A stretch of DNA of 64,000 nt from a virus. This document shows, piece after piece, positions 57,987 to 64,000 of the stretch. Location of the stretch: the IMG/VR virus record IMGVR_UViG_3300028800_000076, positions 12,205-76,204 of that record; one strand, given 5' to 3'. The notes under the pieces were generated by a model. That model was not told the DNA's origin. It saw nothing but the letters and a program-made list of their open reading frames with translations, and did no database searches. Position numbers and translations under genes: made by a program. How positions within the stretch are numbered: the first letter of the stretch is position 1; each line of letters starts with the position of its first letter.

Positions 57987-58116
57987 GAGGTATTTGGGCG
58001 GGAGCGGGCTGGACGGTTATCCCAGCTATTGCAACGCCTTGGTGGCCCGTGTTGCGTTTGTCCACCTGCTTCTAGGCCGCGTACCGATTTTAACGCTGTA
58101 CCGCTCCCACAAAGGA

Positions 58117-58575
58117 TCAGTAATCCATCTCTGCATGGCCATTCACACGCACGTCCTTGACGCGATGATTGACCCGCTTCTTGGCCTTGCCGCCCTTGCC
58201 TTGATGGCTGCGGGCCTTGGCGTCCTTGTGATATTCACGCTTATCGGACGGCGAAATGGGGAGCAGTGTATACTCGCCCACAATGAACCGGCCGCCACGG
58301 TCAAAGGCGATGATCTCGGATCGCAGGGAGCCTGGGGTCTGGAAGCGCATCCACTTCTTCTGGCCCGGCATCCGCAGGAAGACTCGTGAAAGATGGACCC
58401 GCGCCTCTTCGGCATGAAGATCACGGACGCAGGCTCTGGCCGCAACACACCCGGCTGGGTTCTGAGCCTTGCTCTTGGGAATGTCGTGCTGGCCAATGTG
58501 CAGGACGACGGGCTTGATGGCATCAACCACCGGCATTCCGTCGATCTTCTGCGCCTTTCCTTTCGAACTCGCCAT
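58117..58575 (-). CDS. hypothetical protein
   Basis: AAGGAG SD, MASSKGK start, downstream of an operator-containing promoter. Confidence 0.65.
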   Translation of the reverse strand: MASSKGKAQKIDGMPVVDAIKPVVLHIGQHDIPKSKAQNPAGCVAARACVRDLHAEEARVHLSRVFLRMPGQKKWMRFQTPGSLRSEIIAFDRGGRFIVGEYTLLPISPSDKREYHKDAKARSHQGKGGKAKKRVNHRVKDVRVNGHAEMDY

Positions 58576-58593
58576 GGTATCTCCTTGTGGCTC

Positions 58594-58641
58594 AACCCTA
58601 TTTGGGTAACCGATATGTAACCCAATTTGGGGCTTTGTCAA
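58594..58641 (-). promoter_or_regulatory. promoter with two operators
   Basis: TTGACA-AAGCCCCAAATTGGGT-TACATA; second site AACCCTATTTGGGTA at 58594. Confidence 0.7.
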
Positions 58642-59033
58642 CAGCTTGAGATTTGAGTGACTGTGATGATGCAGCAAGTGATTGAACTATCTCGTTCAAT
58701 TGAGACTTTCCAATTGTTCCTGTCGTCTCCAGTTAGTTCCCTGGAGACCAAAAAATCCTCCCCGGCCTTAATGCGGTTTGATACGTCACCACGTAATGTT
58801 GCAGGAACGGCAATCTCAACACGAAGCTGCCCCGTGAGTTTTTCACGAGGCAGTCCGCGTTTCTGGAGTAGAAGATGTCTGTCGGCTTGGTCGAGCCAAG
58901 CGCGGTAGACCGGAGATTTGATGCGGCCCTTCCCGCGTCCGCCCTTGCGGTTCAAATAGAGCGCATTGACCGAAGGGGGAACGGGAAGTTCGAGCTTAAG
59001 AACGGCGCTCTTCGTTGAGGTAGACAACGGCAT
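58638..59033 (-). CDS. rusA: RusA-like Holliday junction resolvase
   Basis: LPVPPSVNALY, GDVSNRIKA.ED.L, DD. Confidence 0.8.
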   Translation of the reverse strand: MPLSTSTKSAVLKLELPVPPSVNALYLNRKGGRGKGRIKSPVYRAWLDQADRHLLLQKRGLPREKLTGQLRVEIAVPATLRGDVSNRIKAGEDFLVSRELTGDDRNNWKVSIERDSSITCCIITVTQISSC

Positions 59034-59496
59034 GTCCTTCGCACCACGCCAGCGCACGCGGCACAATCTCGCTCTTGACGTTGCGGACGATGACTCCACG
59101 GGAACGCTGCTCCCGGATAGCCACATTGGCCCCACAGTACACCGCCAGACCATCAGGCCCGGTGCCGATAATGGACCGACAGTGATGGTCCTTCAGGTCT
59201 GTGATATGGACGCCTCCAGGCACTGGCTCTATCTTGGGCGGGACCTTCGGGGGCTGGCGCTTAACCTCCGGAAACTTCATGGACTTTGGCTTTCGGACAT
59301 AGGGCTTCTTGCCCGGGTTTCCTGCCACCTTTTTGGATGGCATTCCCAGTCGATGCGCCTTTCCGATGACCTTGTTCTTGTTCATGCCCATGATTGCACC
59401 AATTTGTCTGGTGGTAAGCGGTGGATCAGTCCTCTGCCATAAGTCGATCAGTTGCTGTTCTTGTTCCGGATGCCAGGAGGCTTTTACGAACACCAT
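58996..59496 (-). CDS. gcrA: GcrA-like transcription regulator
   Basis: W..E....LIDLW...QIGAIMG..KNKVIGKAHRLG; DL...CR.IIG...YCG...WC..H. Confidence 0.8.
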   Translation of the reverse strand: MVFVKASWHPEQEQQLIDLWQRTDPPLTTRQIGAIMGMNKNKVIGKAHRLGMPSKKVAGNPGKKPYVRKPKSMKFPEVKRQPPKVPPKIEPVPGGVHITDLKDHHCRSIIGTGPDGLAVYCGANVAIREQRSRGVIVRNVKSEIVPRALAWCEGHAVVYLNEERRS

Positions 59497-59521
59497 GACT
59501 CTATCCCTCCCCGATTACGCT

Positions 59522-59707
59522 TTAATGATACCAGTCCTCTTCGGTAACGCAGTTGTCTGTGATTTTCTTGATACGCAGCATGTTCTTGGGACGGGGGATG
59601 CGGATGCCATATCGGTACTTCCGGATTGCGTAGATCGATAGCTTGGCTTTGCGCGCAAAGGCACCATCTGTAAGCCCTTCTTTCTTGAGGTATTGAGACA
59701 ATTTCAT
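59522..59707 (-). CDS. Cro-like HTH repressor
   Basis: MKLSQYL...FARK...RIPRP..M.RI..IT...VT..DW. Confidence 0.8.
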   Translation of the reverse strand: MKLSQYLKKEGLTDGAFARKAKLSIYAIRKYRYGIRIPRPKNMLRIKKITDNCVTEEDWYH

Positions 59708-59736
59708 GGGCAGCCCTCATCGAAATAGATGGGTAT

Positions 59737-59802
59737 CATATAGCCCATCTTGGGCAAATTGCCAACGGCTGTCTTGACGACGAACCCAATACGGGCCATC
59801 TT
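59737..59802. promoter_or_regulatory. divergent promoter pair, each with an operator in the spacer
   Basis: Minus: TTGGCA-17-TATATG with AGCCCATCTTGGGCA. Plus: TTGACG-17-CATCTT with AACCCAATACGGGCC. Confidence 0.7.
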
Positions 59803-59826
59803 GAGACCATCATAGTGGAGAGGATC

Positions 59827-60369
59827 ATGGCGAACATCTCGGAGCGTGGCCGGAAGGCCATGAGAGCAGTCGAAGTCCTGACCGGAGCCCGTAACTTTCT
59901 CAGCAATAAGAATAATTGGAAGAAGGGCGACTGGATCAAAAGCCGCAGGGGGGAGCCGGTTGCCGCTTGCGCCCTGGGCGCGCTTGGCGTGGCCGCAGGT
60001 GCTAAAAGCAGGGATCAAATTGATGATGCCTCTGTTCGGGAGAAGGCGGCCTTTCAGGCCTTGGCGGATGTGATTCGCCCCGAAAACGCTGCCTTCCATC
60101 AGAGGTATCAAGCGTCTTCGTGGTTTGTTGATGTCTTCGGCTTCAATGATCGAGGCGATACATCTCACGCCGATGTGCTGGCGGCCTTCGACCTAGCCAT
60201 TGAAGGTCAGTGCCAGATCGTGCGGCAAGAGGCAGCACAGGAGCGCTTCGAGTTCGAGCCGCAGCAGAAGCCGAATACTGAAGTTAAATCGCGGCTGAGA
60301 GCATCCACATCATTCACCTCGGGGCCAACCTACGATTCCTCATTGTGGACAGGCCGTGAGAATGGCTGA
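59827..60369 (+). CDS. DUF6197-like protein (paralog 3)
   Basis: WKKG...CALGAL...FNDRGDTSHADVLAAFDLAI. Confidence 0.7.
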   Translation: MANISERGRKAMRAVEVLTGARNFLSNKNNWKKGDWIKSRRGEPVAACALGALGVAAGAKSRDQIDDASVREKAAFQALADVIRPENAAFHQRYQASSWFVDVFGFNDRGDTSHADVLAAFDLAIEGQCQIVRQEAAQERFEFEPQQKPNTEVKSRLRASTSFTSGPTYDSSLWTGRENG

Positions 60370-61123
60370 GATTGGCCACAACCAACCGCCTGATGCTTTC
60401 GCCCTGGCCATCGAGCCAGTCCAGGACATGAGCGCATGGCTTCACATCAATCCAGTCATCCAGGACGAGACCAAGGCCAAAGAAGCGAAGGTCCTGGTGG
60501 ACCGGGTTGTAGAGGCTCTGCGTGAGGTTGAGCAGGAGCGGGATGGCAAGGTGAGGCCCTTGAATGATCAGGTCGCGATTATCAACGGCCACTACAAGGC
60601 GCACCACAATACAGACTCCAAGAAGCCGGGGCTGTGGGACAAGACCCTGAAGGAGCTTAAGGCGCGCATCCAGGCCTTTATGGATGCCGAAGAAGCCAAG
60701 AGGCTGGAGGTGGCTGCTGAAGCCCAGAGGGCTCTAGCTGAAGCCGAACGGCTGGCCCGAGAGGCGGAGGAGAAAGAACGTGAGGTTATCTCAGATGCTA
60801 AAATGGGTGTCGAAGGTGACGTGGGCGCTGCTACGGCCGCCGCAGACCAAGCCTTCACCGAGTTCGCCAAGGCGGACAGGGCTGCCCAGAGGGCCGAGCG
60901 GGACTCCAAGGTCAAAGTCGCCGGAGGCTTCGGACGAGCCCTTGCATTTCGCCGCAAGGAAATCCTCAGCATCGAAACCATGGAAGACGCCCGCAAAGCA
61001 CTGAACTTTATGGGACTATCCAATCGTGTGATTGAGGCCCTTCTAACCGACGCCAGGGAATGGCGTAAGGAAACCGAAGAACTCCCGCCTGGGATCACCC
61101 AGAAATACGAACGAGGAATTTAA
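60362..61123 (+). CDS. coiled-coil protein (Gam/Gp157-like, recombination module)
   Basis: IGHNQPP start, long helix, LPPGI C-terminus. Confidence 0.55.
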   Translation: MAEIGHNQPPDAFALAIEPVQDMSAWLHINPVIQDETKAKEAKVLVDRVVEALREVEQERDGKVRPLNDQVAIINGHYKAHHNTDSKKPGLWDKTLKELKARIQAFMDAEEAKRLEVAAEAQRALAEAERLAREAEEKEREVISDAKMGVEGDVGAATAAADQAFTEFAKADRAAQRAERDSKVKVAGGFGRALAFRRKEILSIETMEDARKALNFMGLSNRVIEALLTDAREWRKETEELPPGITQKYERGI

Positions 61124-61581
61124 TGAGCACCGCAACGATCAAAGTCGCCTACGTCAACCAACCGAAGCCAACCAAGAAGTTTGGTAGCGTCAAGGATGAC
61201 GGCGGAACCTATTACAGCGTGACCCCAGCCATGCTTGGCCAATTCTCTCCGGGTGGAACCTACACCGTGGAATATCGCACCAGCGATGCTGGCTATCACA
61301 CCATCACCTCCATCACGCAGGCCCAAGCTCCGGCTGCTAGCGCGGCCAGTGGTGGCGGCAAATATGGATCAACGGATGATGCCACGTCTGAGCGCATCTT
61401 CGTCTGCGGCGCGCTGAATGCCTTTATCTCGGCAGGCCGCATCGAGCCCACCGCCCAGAATGTCACGGCCGCAGTCAATGCGCTGCGTTCGTCATGGTCC
61501 AATACCTTCGGCGGAAAGGCTGTCGTACCGCAGAAGAAGCAGACTGAAGAAGAACTTAACGACGAAATTCCATGGTCTTAA
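61123..61581 (+). CDS. putative ssDNA-binding protein
   Basis: OB-like N-terminus and acidic LNDEIPW tail. Confidence 0.55.
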   Translation: MSTATIKVAYVNQPKPTKKFGSVKDDGGTYYSVTPAMLGQFSPGGTYTVEYRTSDAGYHTITSITQAQAPAASAASGGGKYGSTDDATSERIFVCGALNAFISAGRIEPTAQNVTAAVNALRSSWSNTFGGKAVVPQKKQTEEELNDEIPWS

Positions 61582-61596
61582 GGCGTGGCCGGGGAA

Positions 61597-61673
61597 GCGG
61601 CCCTAGCTCAACTGGATAGAGCAGCTTTTTTCTAAAAAGCAGGTTCGAGGTTCAAGTCCTCGGGGCCGCACCA
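61597..61673 (+). tRNA. tRNA-Arg(UCU)
   Basis: Acceptor GCGGCCC/GGGCCGC-A-CCA, D arm GCTC/GAGC, anticodon stem GCTTT/AAAGC with loop TT-TCT-AA, T arm CGAGG-TTCAAGT-CCTCG. Confidence 0.92.
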
Positions 61674-61692
61674 AATACACGGGAGAAAAACG

Positions 61693-61980
61693 ATGTCGAA
61701 CGAAGTACGAGTTGTTAGCGATGACGAAGCAGAGGCGGCACAGTTTATGGTGTGTGCTAGAGCCGATACGAAGACACCATTTACAGACAATCTGTATGAT
61801 TTCTGTTGCGGATGCGGCGTTAAGGTTCAGTTCAGGCCAAATGCCCCGACTGTGCCCAAAAAGATTTGCTTTGCATGCGCCATTCCAGAGATGAACAAGC
61901 ATGCCGAAAATAACGATCTCCAGATCAACGTCTCAAAAGAAGGCGCGGAGATTATAAAGAGGAAATTGGGTGGAAACTAA
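61693..61980 (+). CDS. Zn-binding hypothetical protein
   Basis: CCGC...CFAC; GGAG SD. Confidence 0.6.
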   Translation: MSNEVRVVSDDEAEAAQFMVCARADTKTPFTDNLYDFCCGCGVKVQFRPNAPTVPKKICFACAIPEMNKHAENNDLQINVSKEGAEIIKRKLGGN

Positions 61981-62287
61981 CCAGCCGATATCCGAACAGT
62001 TCAGACGCGCAGCCGATACGTGGGTGGACGCAGAGGCCGCAGCTTCTTTGCTCGAAGACCTGAAGAGCGCGTTCCTGGCCGAGCAGATGCAGCAGCATGC
62101 ATCATTACCCATTAACCGTGCCGAGCAAATGGTGAAGTCATCCAGAGCATGGCGTGACTATATCGAGAAGATGGTTGGAGCTAGGAAGTCAGCCAACAAG
62201 GCCAAGGTGCAGATGGAGTATCTCCGGATGCGCGCAACCGAGTGGCAGAGCGAAGAAGCCAACAGACGAATGGAGGCTAGATTATGA
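61970..62287 (+). CDS. conserved phage helical protein
   Basis: WVDAEAAASLLE..KSA...EANRRME. Confidence 0.65.
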   Translation: METNQPISEQFRRAADTWVDAEAAASLLEDLKSAFLAEQMQQHASLPINRAEQMVKSSRAWRDYIEKMVGARKSANKAKVQMEYLRMRATEWQSEEANRRMEARL

Positions 62288-62760
62288 AGCAACTCAGGAA
62301 CAGAATGAGCGTGGGAGAAATCCTGCAAGGGGCTCGCAATCTGCTGGCCGAGCGTTGGAGCCAAGGCGCTTATGTCTCGGAAGACGGCAACGAGAAACAC
62401 TCCCAGGATAACGACTTTGGCATCCCGGACGATGATGACGACTGCTATACCTACTGTAGCGATGGCGCTATGCGCCGCATGATCGTCAACATGATCCGGC
62501 AAAATCGCGATAACATGAGCAAGAGCAGGGCTGATAGATTGTTGGTATCTGCTCAGAATGCAGTTTCGTCTTCAATTATGAAAAAGGCCCAATCCAGCAG
62601 CCAGGGCCACGCTGCTTCTGACATATGGGTCTGGAATGATGCGCGAGGTCGTACCAAGGAAGAGGTTCTGGAGGTCTTTGATGACGCCATTGCGAACAAC
62701 TGCCGCGTGGTGCAGCAACTAGCGGGAGAGAACCATGACAACACGGAAGAAGGCGCTTGA
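62284..62760 (+). CDS. DUF6197-like protein (paralog 4)
   Basis: WSQG...YCSDGAM...WNDARGRTKEEVLEVFDDAI. Confidence 0.7.
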   Translation: MKQLRNRMSVGEILQGARNLLAERWSQGAYVSEDGNEKHSQDNDFGIPDDDDDCYTYCSDGAMRRMIVNMIRQNRDNMSKSRADRLLVSAQNAVSSSIMKKAQSSSQGHAASDIWVWNDARGRTKEEVLEVFDDAIANNCRVVQQLAGENHDNTEEGA

Positions 62761-63034
62761 GCTTTTCGGCGATCAGGTCGTGAAAGGTGCGGACGAGGCG
62801 CTGGAGTTAGCGGACAAGATCACAGACTTGCTCGACGGCAAGTCGATGCCGGTCGGCACCTTTGCCATGGGGCAGGCCTTGGCCAGCATCATGGTCTGGG
62901 GCGGCATGGACAAGAAGGGGATGGAGCAGTTCGTCAAGCGGCAGTTTCCCACCATGGTGCTGGGCTTGGCGGACATCACCGCCGATCTCATCCAGAAAGA
63001 GGAAGAGGAAACAGAGGGTGGCACGCAGCACTAA
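62735..63034 (+). CDS. hypothetical protein
   Basis: GGAG SD; same-strand packing. Confidence 0.55.
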   Translation: MTTRKKALELFGDQVVKGADEALELADKITDLLDGKSMPVGTFAMGQALASIMVWGGMDKKGMEQFVKRQFPTMVLGLADITADLIQKEEEETEGGTQH

Positions 63035-63386
63035 GGAATGGATAGGTCGTCACGACAACGAGGCCGTCCCGCCCAGGGTGCGGCTTCGTGTGTTTCTGGA
63101 GCATAATGGATGCTGTGCTTGCTGTGGCAGCAAGATCAACAACAAGCCGTGGGACTGCGATCATAAGATCGCGTTGATTAATGGCGGTGAGCACCGCGAG
63201 AGCAACATGGTGCCGCTGCTGACAGAACATCACAAAGAAAAGACCAAGGAAGACGTTGCAGAAAAGTCCGCGACCTACCATGTGCGACTCAAGAACTACG
63301 GAATCAAGAAGGCCAAGAAACCCATGATGGGCTCGAAGGCTTCAGGTTGGAAGAAACGGATGGACGGCACAGTTGTGCGGCGGTGA
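63018..63386 (+). CDS. small HNH nuclease
   Basis: PPRVRLRVF...CACC...DHKIALINGGEHRESN...HKEKT. Confidence 0.8.
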   Translation: MARSTKEWIGRHDNEAVPPRVRLRVFLEHNGCCACCGSKINNKPWDCDHKIALINGGEHRESNMVPLLTEHHKEKTKEDVAEKSATYHVRLKNYGIKKAKKPMMGSKASGWKKRMDGTVVRR

Positions 63387-63720
63387 GGAGAGGTTATGGA
63401 ACAGCGCGCATACGACGATCGGATAGAGCGATTGAACACGGAAATAAACGTGATCGAGAACAGCTTCGGTCGCGGCCCGTTTTATGACGGCATCCTTCGG
63501 GAGCGCCTTGCTGACCTATGGCGCAAGCGCTCGGACCTGATGGAAGCTAAAATTCTCGAAGCTGTGGCCCGCTGATGCGCCCTGCTGGCTGACCGCAAAT
63601 TTTGCATGTTCTTGGCTAGGCAGGAGCGATCGCCGTGGAAGAAGTGCCGCTGATCATGATGATCTGCATCGTCCTGCTGATCCCCTACGGGGTCTATCAG
63701 GACTGGATCAAGCCCCAGCG

Positions 63721-64000
63721 TCACTCATCAGTCATCGTCACCAACGGCACAAACTTCCGGCGCGTCAGATCATAGTTGAGCATGATCTTGGACGGATAGC
63801 CTAGCTCCTCGAAGCGGGCCTTTCGATGATAAAAGGCGGTCTCAGTCTTGCGCTCCGTGCCCTCATACATCTGAGGCCGGTGGATCGAGAAGCCCTGATC
63901 CACCACATTGTCCCAGTGCTTGGCCCCCGAGATGTCTTCCAAGGTTGGCGGCTGGCCCCGGCGTCCACTATCCATTTTAGCGGGATGGGCCAGCACCTGG
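63721..64000 (-). CDS. C-terminus of a DnaB/T7 gp4 (Twinkle)-like helicase; truncated by the window
   Basis: VLAHPAK...PTLEDISGAKHWDNVVD.G.SIHR...RKARF. Confidence 0.75.
   Translation of the reverse strand, partial: QVLAHPAKMDSGRRGQPPTLEDISGAKHWDNVVDQGFSIHRPQMYEGTERKTETAFYHRKARFEELGYPSKIMLNYDLTRRKFVPLVTMTDE

Noticed and set aside
61624-61640. tRNA read as an amber suppressor (CTA anticodon), implying recoding
   Set aside because: The 5-bp stem GCTTT/AAAGC gives the loop TTTCTAA centred on TCT (Arg), and TAG ends many genes normally (terS, terL).

Overview
This window is part of a tailed dsDNA phage genome (podovirus-type: portal, Mu gpT-like major capsid, P22-like adaptor/nozzle, ejection proteins, no tape measure). 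The host is probably an alphaproteobacterium of the Hyphomicrobiales (GcrA-like gene, DUF3597, rhizobial-type CHAP-like protein). Order: MoxR-AAA/vWA pair, terS and a candidate pac region, ~16 kb accessory block, terL, head and tail module, lysis cassette, then early/replication genes with a Cro-like repressor, tRNA-Arg(UCU) and the 3' end of a helicase gene. Headline: the accessory block carries a near-complete nonulosonic-acid (pseudaminic-type) pathway (PseB, DegT aminotransferase, GNAT, PseI, a cytidylyltransferase fused to a class III aminotransferase, oxidoreductase, methyltransferase, formyltransferase). A Maf/GT42/GT29-like transferase sits 19 kb away among very Ser/Thr-rich virion genes. 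Together these suggest a phage-encoded system that O-glycosylates the virion with a sialic-acid-like sugar. Also seen: a genome-wide CCCA-N3-TGGG operator regulon, a -1 frameshift with a pseudoknot, an ACG start codon for the large ejection protein, a recurring xxxGGx motif in internal proteins, and an antisense ORF bridging an HNH insertion in the capsid operon. All family calls are motif recognition by eye; no database search was run.
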